IMG/VR virus record: IMGVR_UViG_3300049486_000079
Span: 28,841 to 92,840 of that record
DNA: 64,000 bases
Reading direction: 5' to 3' (one strand)
Origin: a virus
Lineage: Duplodnaviria; Caudoviricetes
Shown here: one piece after another, positions 1 through 9,665 of the stretch
How positions within the stretch are numbered: the first letter of the stretch is position 1
How the letters are laid out: each line of letters begins with the position of its first letter
Made by a program: the position numbers and the translations under genes
The notes under the pieces: generated by a model
The model's database searches: none
What the model saw: only the letters and a program-made list of their open reading frames with translations
Told to the model about the DNA's origin: nothing

Positions 1-158
1 GCTTTATTATCCTGAATCGTCTCAGGGAAATACTGGAATCTAAAGTGAGTCGTGCTATCGACATTACCGTCAGGTGTCAGCTCAAACAGAGAGGCAGACG
101 TCTTCTGCGCTAATGCAGCACTGCTCAATTTGTCCATCAGGCTACTGAGTCCTGCCAC
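1..158 (-). CDS. Partial (runs off window) putative tail tube initiator / CIS-tube-like protein
   Basis: Manual translation: AGGAGG RBS then GTG at 158, MAGLSSLMDKLSSAALAQKTSASLFELTPDGNVDSTTHFRFQYFPETIQDNK; the FQY-PE-I-D-K motif resembles CIS tube-initiator proteins. Confidence 0.55.
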   Translation of the reverse strand, partial: MAGLSSLMDKLSSAALAQKTSASLFELTPDGNVDSTTHFRFQYFPETIQDNK

Positions 159-198
159 AACGCCTCCTCTCTGGGACGAGATTTACGCCTAAAAGAAT

Positions 199-1188
199 TC
201 AGGCTCGATTGGCTTTTTCCCTGGCGGCGTATTTGCCCCCAGGATACTTCCCCAGGTGACGCCGCTTGACCTTCAGCCAGCGCTTGTAAGCCTGATTATA
301 GTGCTTCTTGTAGCCGACCTTGATTGTGATAGGATTGACCTCGCCTTTGCGGCCTCTGCACATTTGCTTATAGGCAGAGATCTTTCGACAATCCCAATAA
401 TTCGTACGCCCGACAGTCCTCGTGCTCCTGGGCGCTTGTGAATCGCTCTTTGGAGCGCTCTTCTTGCCAGTCGTGCCCTTATGCGCAACTGCGGACTTAG
501 GTGCTTCCTGTTTGCCTCCTGACGAGCGCTCTCTTGCCACAGCAGACTTGAGCGCGACTGCTGACTTATGAGGAGAGCCCTTCGACGAACTCGCCACGGT
601 CGCTTTATGTGCGACCGCAGATTTCCCAGCAGGCACTGTACCTTTGTGGACAATGGCGGACTTCTTTGCCGACACATCGGGCGCACGTCCAGAAGACGCT
701 TCGTCGAGAGCCTCGGCGATCAACTGATCGAAGGCCGCCATCTCCGACTCGTTCTTACGGCTACCCTTCTCGGAATCGATCCTTCCGCCCCGCCATGGGC
801 TGGTCCTATTCCGAAGAAGCGGGGTTCGGGTCGGGCCCATGCCCCGAAGGCGTTTCATGGGGCTCTTGACCTTATTATTAGACCCTGCCCAATAATGCAG
901 GCGGTACTTGGACCGATGGGTCTCTCGGGTGCCGCTGTCGCTTCCTCGGGGAGCCCGGCGCTTTTCGGAAGGAGGAGCCTTCTTCTCGGACTTCCCCTTC
1001 TTGCCTTTGCTCTTTTTGCCTTTAGCGACTTTTCCAGGCATCTCCTTGTTGGGACGCCGTAAGCGCTGGGCCTGAGCAGCCTTCAGCCCCTGCCCCTGCA
1101 TGCGAGCCCGTGCCTTGTACTGACGAGTTGCTTCGTCCAGCACCTCATCGAGCCCCGCCAACTCTGAGGCGATGTCTTCCCAAGCCAT
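199..1188 (-). CDS. Highly basic protein, candidate internal head / DNA-condensing protein
   Basis: K/R-rich, KSAVAHK repeats, two acidic LDEA segments; C-terminus paralogous to 1191..1733. Confidence 0.6.
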   Translation of the reverse strand: MAWEDIASELAGLDEVLDEATRQYKARARMQGQGLKAAQAQRLRRPNKEMPGKVAKGKKSKGKKGKSEKKAPPSEKRRAPRGSDSGTRETHRSKYRLHYWAGSNNKVKSPMKRLRGMGPTRTPLLRNRTSPWRGGRIDSEKGSRKNESEMAAFDQLIAEALDEASSGRAPDVSAKKSAIVHKGTVPAGKSAVAHKATVASSSKGSPHKSAVALKSAVARERSSGGKQEAPKSAVAHKGTTGKKSAPKSDSQAPRSTRTVGRTNYWDCRKISAYKQMCRGRKGEVNPITIKVGYKKHYNQAYKRWLKVKRRHLGKYPGGKYAAREKANRA

Positions 1189-1190
1189 GA

Positions 1191-1733
1191 CTAACCCCTT
1201 TTCGCAGCAACCCAGCGCTTATACTCGCGGTTATAGCGAGCCTTGTAGTCAGGGTCGATATGAATCTTTAAGGTGCGCCCCTTAGTCTCCGGCGCAATGC
1301 CCTTACAGACGTAGTTATAGTTAGAACCACTGCATTTCCAGCGTTGCTTGCGGGCCATCGTATCGCCTCGGGGACCTGGCCCAAGGCGCTTCTTGTTCGA
1401 GAAGGGGTTATGCTCGCTAGACTTTTTCTTCTTTGAGGAGGTCTCTTCTGCCAGAAGAGACTCGATCTCGCGGATACAGGACCGTACGGTCTCATGGACG
1501 GAGTTGGGGCGTTCAATGAACGTACCCAAACGCGCCCATCCACGATCAAGGGTCAGAATCTCCAATCCAAATCGAATTGAGGGATCCTCAAAAGATAAAG
1601 ACTCTTCCCTGATCGCAGTCGTTCCCTCAAGATCCCACCCTACACGAATAGAATCAGAACTAAAATCGAGAATACGTCCCCGATTTCCTTGCTGGTCTCG
1701 AATACACGCGCCCTTGAGGTACGACTCAAGCAT
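1191..1733 (-). CDS. Hypothetical protein with basic C-terminal module, candidate internal head protein
   Basis: ORF track; shares W-x-C...C-x-G...YK-x2-YN-x2-YKRW module with 199..1188. Confidence 0.6.
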   Translation of the reverse strand: MLESYLKGACIRDQQGNRGRILDFSSDSIRVGWDLEGTTAIREESLSFEDPSIRFGLEILTLDRGWARLGTFIERPNSVHETVRSCIREIESLLAEETSSKKKKSSEHNPFSNKKRLGPGPRGDTMARKQRWKCSGSNYNYVCKGIAPETKGRTLKIHIDPDYKARYNREYKRWVAAKRG

Positions 1734-1739
1734 AAAACC

Positions 1740-2099
1740 TCACATCGCAACCGTCGAAGGAAGCTCTTCGACGTTCGCGTCCCATATGACCGCCTCTACT
1801 TGATAAATATCGACCAAGCGATCAGCGACAGAGGCGTCTTTTTTAAGAAGCCAGTCAATTCGACCTGTTCTGTTAGGATTGACGAGAAGAAAATTGACAA
1901 TCTCTTTGGTCTCTTTACTGCGAATAAGGCCAATAAAGGCGCCCTGCTGAACACGCTTCAAAATAGCCCGAGACTGATCGCTTTTCGATGTAGAAAACCG
2001 GGTACAGAGATCGTCCCAGGAACAAGAGACAGGAGGGTCCCTCGTAGGAACGATCCTGTCCGCGAGCAAACGACAATGCTGTATAACAAAAGAAGCCAT
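1740..2099 (-). CDS. Hypothetical protein
   Basis: Fits tight minus-strand gene packing. Confidence 0.6.
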   Translation of the reverse strand: MASFVIQHCRLLADRIVPTRDPPVSCSWDDLCTRFSTSKSDQSRAILKRVQQGAFIGLIRSKETKEIVNFLLVNPNRTGRIDWLLKKDASVADRLVDIYQVEAVIWDANVEELPSTVAM

Positions 2100-2145
2100 G
2101 GTAAAAAAGGCGAACGCCCCTCATCGGAGCGTTCGCTCCTCGAAC

Positions 2146-2463
2146 TTAGATGAGATCGATGAAGAGTTCTTCGTTGTCTGTCCGGTTGGCCTCGGCAGCA
2201 ACCGCGAGCGTCACTTTGCCCGCCGCCACGAGCCCGTTCCACTGATCCTTCGGCTCGAAGGGCACCCAAGGGACCGACTTGTAGCGCCAATCGGAAGGGT
2301 GCATGGGGAGCTGCTTCGTACCCGCCGCAGCGAGCGCCCCAATGTGACCAAAGGGGTAAGGAAGCGGGTACTTCCGGGCACCGCCCGTAGCCCCCGAACC
2401 TCCATCATGGACATCGAGATCATTCATCGTCGCACCAGACGTATTTGTCACTGTAACAAGCAC
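2146..2463 (-). CDS. Small putative virion/decoration protein
   Basis: AGGAGG RBS and own promoter; N-terminus (VTVTNTSG...GKVTLAV) resembles 35150..35752. Confidence 0.65.
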   Translation of the reverse strand: MLVTVTNTSGATMNDLDVHDGGSGATGGARKYPLPYPFGHIGALAAAGTKQLPMHPSDWRYKSVPWVPFEPKDQWNGLVAAGKVTLAVAAEANRTDNEELFIDLI

Positions 2464-2511
2464 GGTATTTCCTCCTAGGAAGGCTAGACCGAATAGGCTT
2501 CGGCAGCATCC

Positions 2512-2540
2512 AGCCTAATGGTAAAACGCCTTCGAGTCAA
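2512..2540 (-). promoter_or_regulatory. Sigma70-like promoter TTGACT-N17-TAGGCT
   Basis: Intergenic, 17-bp spacer, upstream of 2146..2463. Confidence 0.6.
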
Positions 2541-2588
2541 GCTGACGTAACAGTTGTAGTCCCTACGGCATATCTGCATTAAGGACAT

Positions 2589-2996
2589 TTAATCGCCGAC
2601 TAAACCGACAATCACATCCATGTCGACGCTGCCCATGTTGCTCGCATAAAGCGCAGTCAGTCCTGTGGTGCTGATCAGAAGATGGCCTTCCTTCGTTCCG
2701 GAAAGCGGAATAATCCGTAACTGCTCCCCGACCACTGTATTAAAGCGGATCCGAATTTCTACAGGAGTCATCGTAGGATCTTTGGAGCTGGTTCGGATAA
2801 GCAGAAATTTCGCATCAGCAACCGAGGCCATATCAAGAGGGATATCGACAGCACCTCCCGGCACCACGTTTTTTCGAATCCCTCCCTCGTTCGACCCGTC
2901 AGTCACAACCTCGTACCGAACATTCGCGAGATCTTTTTCTTCAGCAGAAGTTGAAGAAGCAGCATAGGAAATGTTGTAACGCGCACGCACTGCCAT
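2589..2996 (-). CDS. Hypothetical beta-rich virion protein
   Basis: AGGAGG RBS; follows the tail fibre gene. Confidence 0.65.
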   Translation of the reverse strand: MAVRARYNISYAASSTSAEEKDLANVRYEVVTDGSNEGGIRKNVVPGGAVDIPLDMASVADAKFLLIRTSSKDPTMTPVEIRIRFNTVVGEQLRIIPLSGTKEGHLLISTTGLTALYASNMGSVDMDVIVGLVGD

Positions 2997-3024
2997 AAAA
3001 TACCTCCTACCCTAAGGAGCAGTG

Positions 3025-5259
3025 TTATAGCTCCACGGTAACGTAGCTATATGAAAGCACGATGTTGTTAACCCGTATTTCAGCACCACCGCTCCCAGTA
3101 AGCTGAAGGTAATATGCGTACAATGAGTTATCTACCACATTATTCTGATCAAAAGTAATAGTCGTGGTGGTAAAGGTAAGAATACTGCCTGTGTCAGTCA
3201 GCGACGGCACAGAAGAAGCCAACAAGCTGGGGCTAGAAATTGTACGATTTTCTCTGACAGGCTGGATTCCGGACGAGCCGCCTCCAGTTGTATATCCGTA
3301 CGATATGTTTGCAGAAAGAAGAGTTGCCCCATCCGGCGCGTGTAACGGATATACCCAGTTCCACGGGTTTCCTCCGAGATCGCTGCGTACATGAACAATA
3401 CTCGGAACAAAATTGGCAGTAGTCGCAATATCGACAGCCTCGTTGCCACTGATAGCAGAAACAGACGTCTTAGGGGAATTGTAAGTATAGTCGCCCTCGG
3501 CAATGAAGTCGGTACCTGCGTGATAATGCCCCGAGGTGTACTGATCCCCTGACGCGAGGTTGTACGTCCCTTTATGCGTCCAGTCGGTCGGAGATCCGGT
3601 AGCCGTATCGTCCCAATCCCCTGCGACCGCAGCTCGCCAGAAGAAATAGATCAGGTTATGCGTTACCTGAATCTTCATCGAGGGAGATCCAGGCCCGTCC
3701 AGTTTACTCCACTGGACGCCGTTCCACCCCGCATTAAAGAGTATTTCAAACGCATCACTCTCGCCGAAAGTCGCGTTCGTGGCACGGTACGTCCGCATCT
3801 TCTGATTCGAAGTGCCTGTTGCAGGATCCGACTGAAGTAGCCCTGTCCGGCCCACCCCTGCTTTATAAAAAGGAGCGACAATCCGGGGCAGCAACGCATT
3901 TGCGGCAGAATCCAGGAGAAGACTCCCTAAGAAAGTCTGTGCTCTGAACTGGACATTATTCCCTGTGAACGATGTAAAAAATGGATTCGAGGTCCACCCT
4001 GCGGCTCCGATGATGTTGTCGTCCCATGTGCTCACCCCCGCAGGGCGCGCGTACATAACAATTCTTTCATCAGAGATCGAAAACTTCGAGGAATACCGAG
4101 CCGTGTCGTCCTTGGTCCAAAACCCCGCACCGTCCGAATACGCGTTTACTGTAAAAATGATATTCGCAAAGCTGTCGAGATATATACGGACGTACATGGG
4201 CGTCGCTGTATTGAGCTTGAACTGCCCAAGTAACGTATGAGACGACGTGCCTGACGGAGCCCCTTCGGCCTCGACGCGTGGCAACAACGAATTCGCGAGG
4301 GTACCTAAAAGGCCGTCCCCTAGCTTAAGCCTATTGAGAAAGCCACGAGACCAGCGCACAAGAGCCGATCCAAGATTAAGCGTGTCGGTCGGCTCAGGGA
4401 TAATATCGCCCTGCATCGTCTGGGAGCCGTCCCTCGCAAGCTTCCCATCCTCGACATCTCCAATACGCTCCAAAGCCTCAGGATACAAAAGACCATGCCC
4501 GTCAAGAGAGGCCCACGGTCGATCTGTGACAGCCGGATCCGGTGCGTCGGTAATCCCGATTTTTTCAATGACAGAAGTCGTAAATGTCGAATCCGCACTC
4601 GTAACTACAATTCTACCACAGCGCAGCAAGTGCGGATGGGCTACAAGCTCTGACGCATCGACAATCTTGGCCTCGGCTGTTGTGTTGACCGCAAGCCTGT
4701 AATCTACGTCGAGAACCGCAAAAAGCGTATATCGGACAGAATAAGTGCCGCCCGTCTCAGACGCCGCTGCTGTCGCATTCGTAATCCATGCCTCAGTCGC
4801 AGAAGGCACGTTTGTGATCGTAAAGGTGCCGTTGAATCCGGGCGTCAGGAATCCTGCGAGGATCAGCTCCTGCCCGATCATCTGCGAGGTCATGCCTGCA
4901 AGGCTGGTGATCTTGAGCTGTCCCGTCGCAGGAGCGATCGGATCGACTTGAGGACTCGCTCCTCCAGGAATTGGAAAAATGCTGGTCGTTGTAACCTGAA
5001 GATCGCTCGTCACGACCAAAGTCGTCGTAACATCGTCATTCCGATCTTCAAGCACCGCAATGGAGTCCCCGGTGCCAGAGTCCACTTCTAAGCGGATCGA
5101 CGCTGAAGGAACCACGGTCTGCTTGAGGTCGAACCCTCGGTAAATACCCTTAGGTACGACTCCGAAGTCCTTCTGGTTGACGCCTTTCGTAATAAAAGGC
5201 TCCTTCCAACGAAGTTTGACGGAATCTTGTGAAATCGTTTGAGACCCTAAAACGCTCAT
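3025..5259 (-). CDS. Tail fibre / receptor-binding protein
   Basis: 744 aa, G/S/T-rich; KLARDGSQTMQGDI fibre motif; two internal FTVNA..W.K repeats; downstream of wedge genes. Confidence 0.75.
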   Translation of the reverse strand: MSVLGSQTISQDSVKLRWKEPFITKGVNQKDFGVVPKGIYRGFDLKQTVVPSASIRLEVDSGTGDSIAVLEDRNDDVTTTLVVTSDLQVTTTSIFPIPGGASPQVDPIAPATGQLKITSLAGMTSQMIGQELILAGFLTPGFNGTFTITNVPSATEAWITNATAAASETGGTYSVRYTLFAVLDVDYRLAVNTTAEAKIVDASELVAHPHLLRCGRIVVTSADSTFTTSVIEKIGITDAPDPAVTDRPWASLDGHGLLYPEALERIGDVEDGKLARDGSQTMQGDIIPEPTDTLNLGSALVRWSRGFLNRLKLGDGLLGTLANSLLPRVEAEGAPSGTSSHTLLGQFKLNTATPMYVRIYLDSFANIIFTVNAYSDGAGFWTKDDTARYSSKFSISDERIVMYARPAGVSTWDDNIIGAAGWTSNPFFTSFTGNNVQFRAQTFLGSLLLDSAANALLPRIVAPFYKAGVGRTGLLQSDPATGTSNQKMRTYRATNATFGESDAFEILFNAGWNGVQWSKLDGPGSPSMKIQVTHNLIYFFWRAAVAGDWDDTATGSPTDWTHKGTYNLASGDQYTSGHYHAGTDFIAEGDYTYNSPKTSVSAISGNEAVDIATTANFVPSIVHVRSDLGGNPWNWVYPLHAPDGATLLSANISYGYTTGGGSSGIQPVRENRTISSPSLLASSVPSLTDTGSILTFTTTTITFDQNNVVDNSLYAYYLQLTGSGGAEIRVNNIVLSYSYVTVEL

Positions 5260-5268
5260 AAAATCACC

Positions 5269-6018
5269 TCAAAAAGCCACATCGATATATGTCTCAAACG
5301 GACGGGCTCCCGTCTTTGTCACTTTCGGGAAGGTACCGTAGACCATCATCAAAGATCGATTGCTCGTTGCCCAGGTCAAAGAAGTCGCTTCGACAGCCGA
5401 TCCTACATTGGCATTTGTAACCGTCACGCTCGTAGCACTGATATAAGACGCGATCGTAAAGGTGCCGTTGTTTGCCGAATTAGGCGAGTTAAAAAGAGAA
5501 AGCGTCGACCCGATGTCAGTCGGCACCATCCCGGAAAGACCCGTGATCGTAAAAGTAGGAGTCGCCCCTGCGCTATAAACAGCGGCAGTGCCTCCCTGGA
5601 GGTGCCCGTACAGCCCGATCTCCCAGATTTGAGGTGCGTTCCCGAAGCCGTCGTTGTTGAACTCGACCGCATCGACCAAACAACGCACCCGAAGAACAGA
5701 GGGCGAGACAAACGTAAAGTCGGCGTTCGTCAGCGTTTTTTCAAAATAACCTCTAGAGTCTGAGGCATAACGTTGGTCTGCAACAGCACGAGTCGCGTCG
5801 ACAATCGCGTCGATTTCTTGGTTCAATGGAGAGCTAAGTCTTCGCAAGTCAGGTTGCGGCTCACGAGGAATAGCGCCGGATCCGTCGTCGATCCAACCGC
5901 CTTCGCCTACCTTAAAACGAGTCGGACGGAACAACTCGTTGTCCTGTACGTTTCCGAGATACTGCGCAAAATACTTGCGAGCATCGTCGGTCATCACCGC
6001 TCTGATAATCCCTGCCAT
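5269..6018 (-). CDS. Baseplate wedge / tail-collar fibre attachment protein
   Basis: FKVGEGG, IWEIGLY and YGTFPKVTK motifs typical of gpH N-terminal (tail-collar) proteins. Confidence 0.7.
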   Translation of the reverse strand: MAGIIRAVMTDDARKYFAQYLGNVQDNELFRPTRFKVGEGGWIDDGSGAIPREPQPDLRRLSSPLNQEIDAIVDATRAVADQRYASDSRGYFEKTLTNADFTFVSPSVLRVRCLVDAVEFNNDGFGNAPQIWEIGLYGHLQGGTAAVYSAGATPTFTITGLSGMVPTDIGSTLSLFNSPNSANNGTFTIASYISATSVTVTNANVGSAVEATSLTWATSNRSLMMVYGTFPKVTKTGARPFETYIDVAF

Positions 6019-6022
6019 AATA

Positions 6023-6427
6023 TTACTGAAGCGTGATCACGAGGTTGTTCGCCGGAATTGTAAACGTGTCAAGATTGTTGACAGTTTTCGGCACAGCCAG
6101 GGCTCCGTAAAACAGAGGGTTATTCAGATGATCGAACACTACCACGTGTGTAATGGGACCGGCCCACGCGCCTCCTGCTGTAGGAAACGTGATAATATTC
6201 AAATTCTGTGTCGATCCTGTAGGACTGGGATTCGACCAGCTCGCGCCTCCGACGGGATACGAAACCCGCGCGTAGTTAGTCCCCACGACCTCAGCACCAC
6301 CGGTCAAGTCATCACCAGGATTTCCAACCCAAAGACCGATGTTTACGCTCGTCGGCTGCGTAAGAGCCGCCGATCGAAAAAGATAATTGAGGGCACCTTG
6401 TTCAAGGAAATCCGTCATTGCGCTCAT
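6023..6427 (-). CDS. Small phage tail/fibre-associated protein
   Basis: TDFLEQGALNYLF, YARV, ITFPTA-W-ITH and L..PKTV..D motifs of a common ~130-aa phage structural family. Confidence 0.75.
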   Translation of the reverse strand: MSAMTDFLEQGALNYLFRSAALTQPTSVNIGLWVGNPGDDLTGGAEVVGTNYARVSYPVGGASWSNPSPTGSTQNLNIITFPTAGGAWAGPITHVVVFDHLNNPLFYGALAVPKTVNNLDTFTIPANNLVITLQ

Positions 6428-6433
6428 AAAACC

Positions 6434-9385
6434 TCACACTACGGTGGCGTCTGCGGTCAGAACTCCGACGCCCGTCAAAGAAGCAGAATCTACAAATATT
6501 ACACCTGAACCGATGACTATACCACCGACTCCGGTCAGAGAGGAAGAGCCGATTAAGGAAAGAGCAGACCCGACTCCTACGAAGCCTACTCCTGACATTG
6601 AGACGCTCCCTACAAGGATCAACGCAGAGCTTGCGGTAACAGTGCCTGTTCCTATAATCGCACCAAAAGCGGCAAAAACGCCGTCCGCAAAACCGGACGC
6701 CAGTATTGTCAAAGACGCCTGGAGGTACTGCGAGTATTTTATAGCAAGCTGGACATGCGCAGGCGTGGCCTCGGAAATACGCGTCAGAAGACGATCGAAA
6801 ACATCCTCAATGGGCTCTCCGACCTCATCTACAATCGTATCAGGCACGCACGTGGCCTGAGCCACATACGAGGCGCACCAATCGCAACCGAAGTCGACAG
6901 GGCCGCACTCATACGTAATCGACGCCTCTCCCGTCACAGGCGCTTGAAGCGCAAAGACATCAAATTCCGCATGCGTTGCCGACACTGTAACCGGAACCGT
7001 GTCCAAAAAGAAAGAAGTTCCGGCACTATCATCGAAGCGCCACACGCCCAACGAGAGGATCAGCTCGACCACGTCCCCAATAGGATAGCCGCTACCGGTG
7101 ACTCCTGAACGGACCACACGGACCCGATGCTTGTTTATTCCCACCGTCGTGACTGAAGCAACCGTGGTATGGATCGTCGTATAGAAGTTGTCTTCCCAGC
7201 AGAAATGATCGATCTCAAAGAACTTCGTCGGCTCGAACAAATTGACCTGTTCGACGTATTCTGCGAACGCCTCAGGCGCGATTTCGTCGAACAGAGGCAT
7301 CTCCGGTTGGAGATCGGTGTAATAGCGAACAGTCTGCCAGGTCAGGTTATTGTTGTTCGGCTCGCTAAGAGCCGCCGCCTGATCTTCGATCCTGAAAATA
7401 ACAGTCGAGCTGTTTACGATCTCCTCAATAACATAGGACTTGTTATTGCCAGAAACAGACGCGTTGGAGATGACAATACTACGGCCGACATCGGTAATGC
7501 TAAAATCAGGCGAAGGGGGATTGGGAGCAGGCCCCACGTCAATCGATCTGAACTGCGTACGTCCTGCTGTGCCCGCCTCTAGACGTCCTTTCAGGCCTGA
7601 CTTCCCTGGCGTCGTGGTCCCGATTGGATAAATGTTCGCATTAGGGAGCACTTCCAGGATGTCCTGGGGCACACGAAAAAGCTGGGTGACATCGACGTCG
7701 AACCCGCTCATTTTACCCAGAATCCGATAGCACTCCGGATGCCCCTTGATCCCGATCCACTTCTTCTGATCGGCGACCATGGAGCGCTGGCGCGTCTCGC
7801 TTTGCTGTGTATCCAGCTCCTCTGCAAAATCACGAGCAAGATGCGCAAGAAGCGAGGGCGGTCGAATTACGACCGCTGTTCCGTCGTCGTAACGTGTTTT
7901 CGCTCGTAGAGCACAATAAAGACCTGTTTCAGGGCCGACCAGTGTGGCATCCAGCTCCAGCTCGGTAGCCGAAAGCACTGCTACAATCTCGTATATGCCG
8001 TCATTGCCGAGACTGCTGCCACGAAGGGTGGCCAGCTTTCCGACATCTGTTTCCTTGAAAGAGGCCCTCAGGCTGCGAATGCGCGAGGGATTTATCCCCC
8101 CGACTGTTACCTCAGCGTCTGAGGTCTCAAATTCTAAATAGCCTCTTGGATAAGACTTCGTAGTTAGGTCGATCTCGGGACGGGGTAACAGAGCCCAGTC
8201 AAAAGGCCCCGCGTCCTCAGTCAGTAAGCGACCGGGGACCGTACGGTACACCGTCTCTCCCGCAGTTTGCGCTCCTGTGCCTAGAGCAGTCGCACGAAAA
8301 ATCAAAGACGCGTCTATATGGGAGTTTATTGCATCAGCCACATCGGAAGCCGATGAAACAATACTCCCAAAGACATCGGTTGCAAGAGAGACCGTAACAT
8401 CAGCACCATCGACTCCGACAGACAAAGTCGAATTCGGACCTGGCTTGACGTGTCGTATTCGAGGAACAACACCGCCAAACTCAGCCCCGAGTGAGCTGTA
8501 GGCGACACCTCCATCAGAAGTCTCGCCTCGAACAATTGCCCATGACGGTACCGCTATCGTGTTACCCCGGACCGCTGCAATGTCTACAACAACATTGTTC
8601 TCAGGGATCGAGGACTTTGAAATAGTGAGCTTCTTCCCGACGTCCTGCTGTGAGAGCATGATCGCTGTCGAAACGAAGAAACCATCACTGTTAATAGAGC
8701 CGTCGACACCTTCTTTTTCGGTCAGAAGACGGACAAGGCGCTCTGTCGTTCGGAGCTGCCTACGTGCTTGGAGTATAAACTGACCGTTTCCGTCTAGCAG
8801 CTCGCACCCAGGAAATAAATTGCCGACATCGCCGTTTTGAATTTCAAAACGTGTGAAATCCTGCTCCTCACTTAACGCTCGTAATTCCCACCGAAAAGGC
8901 CCTGCATCAGGTAAGAGTGTCGGGAACGTAGCCACCGCCTGAGGACTGATAATCGCCGTAATCGTAACCGTAGCATTGTTGGAGGACACGGTCGCCCCCG
9001 TGATCGACAACTCACGCCCGATATCCACAGCCGTAAACCTTGCGGTGTCGGCTGCAAACTCCTTGGTGACGACTACCTTGCCGTCCAAACCACTCTGAAC
9101 AACATCCCCTTTCAAGGGAATATTGCGTCCCAAACGGACTAGGACCTGCTCGTTGTACTGCGTCCGTATCGAATACGGATCTCGCAACGTATGAAACGAC
9201 CGGATCTTACGACGAATACGATCGTAAAGAGGCTGCTGTCCTTGTGCGAATTTAAGGTGCAGAAAACCGTTTTTCTGATCTTCAGTCCGATAAATGGCCG
9301 GTAAGCTATCGTAGAGAACAGCCTTGGCCCAGGCAAATTCCCCGAACGACTCTTCGCCGAATACGCCAGTTCCAAAGCCGGGCAT
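6434..9385 (-). CDS. Baseplate wedge protein (tail protein I / gp7-like) with inserted domains
   Basis: LPAIYR..D, LAHLA.DF, KGH and PAHV motifs; repeated D-[IV]-G beta-barrel inserts. Confidence 0.7.
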   Translation of the reverse strand: MPGFGTGVFGEESFGEFAWAKAVLYDSLPAIYRTEDQKNGFLHLKFAQGQQPLYDRIRRKIRSFHTLRDPYSIRTQYNEQVLVRLGRNIPLKGDVVQSGLDGKVVVTKEFAADTARFTAVDIGRELSITGATVSSNNATVTITAIISPQAVATFPTLLPDAGPFRWELRALSEEQDFTRFEIQNGDVGNLFPGCELLDGNGQFILQARRQLRTTERLVRLLTEKEGVDGSINSDGFFVSTAIMLSQQDVGKKLTISKSSIPENNVVVDIAAVRGNTIAVPSWAIVRGETSDGGVAYSSLGAEFGGVVPRIRHVKPGPNSTLSVGVDGADVTVSLATDVFGSIVSSASDVADAINSHIDASLIFRATALGTGAQTAGETVYRTVPGRLLTEDAGPFDWALLPRPEIDLTTKSYPRGYLEFETSDAEVTVGGINPSRIRSLRASFKETDVGKLATLRGSSLGNDGIYEIVAVLSATELELDATLVGPETGLYCALRAKTRYDDGTAVVIRPPSLLAHLARDFAEELDTQQSETRQRSMVADQKKWIGIKGHPECYRILGKMSGFDVDVTQLFRVPQDILEVLPNANIYPIGTTTPGKSGLKGRLEAGTAGRTQFRSIDVGPAPNPPSPDFSITDVGRSIVISNASVSGNNKSYVIEEIVNSSTVIFRIEDQAAALSEPNNNNLTWQTVRYYTDLQPEMPLFDEIAPEAFAEYVEQVNLFEPTKFFEIDHFCWEDNFYTTIHTTVASVTTVGINKHRVRVVRSGVTGSGYPIGDVVELILSLGVWRFDDSAGTSFFLDTVPVTVSATHAEFDVFALQAPVTGEASITYECGPVDFGCDWCASYVAQATCVPDTIVDEVGEPIEDVFDRLLTRISEATPAHVQLAIKYSQYLQASLTILASGFADGVFAAFGAIIGTGTVTASSALILVGSVSMSGVGFVGVGSALSLIGSSSLTGVGGIVIGSGVIFVDSASLTGVGVLTADATVV
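7111..7124. repeat. GGWCC-RYRY-GGWCC site
   Basis: GGACCACACGGACC. Confidence 0.75.
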
Positions 9386-9393
9386 AAAACACC

Positions 9394-9657
9394 TTACCGC
9401 CGAATGAGATGAATGTGAATGACGCTCAGGGTCCCTGTGTAATTAGGGGTGGTCTCCGTCGAAGCAGGCGAGCTGTGCCCGTAAAACTCAGAATAAGGGC
9501 CCCACGTCACATACCCCGCAGTCCCTGAATCGTACCCCTTGAAATAATAAAGAGCGGCGGCGGCTCCTGCGACACTGGTCACGAGGCGGCCCACCTTGAC
9601 CACCTGATCTCGGAACGCCGGAGAGCCAGGCGCAAAATTTTGCCTATCGACTGCCAT
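9394..9657 (-). CDS. Small virion protein, paralog of 13350..13652
   Basis: YDSG..YV.W...TTP.YTGTL motif shared with 13350..13652. Confidence 0.7.
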   Translation of the reverse strand: MAVDRQNFAPGSPAFRDQVVKVGRLVTSVAGAAAALYYFKGYDSGTAGYVTWGPYSEFYGHSSPASTETTPNYTGTLSVIHIHLIRR

Positions 9658-9665
9658 ACCTTACC

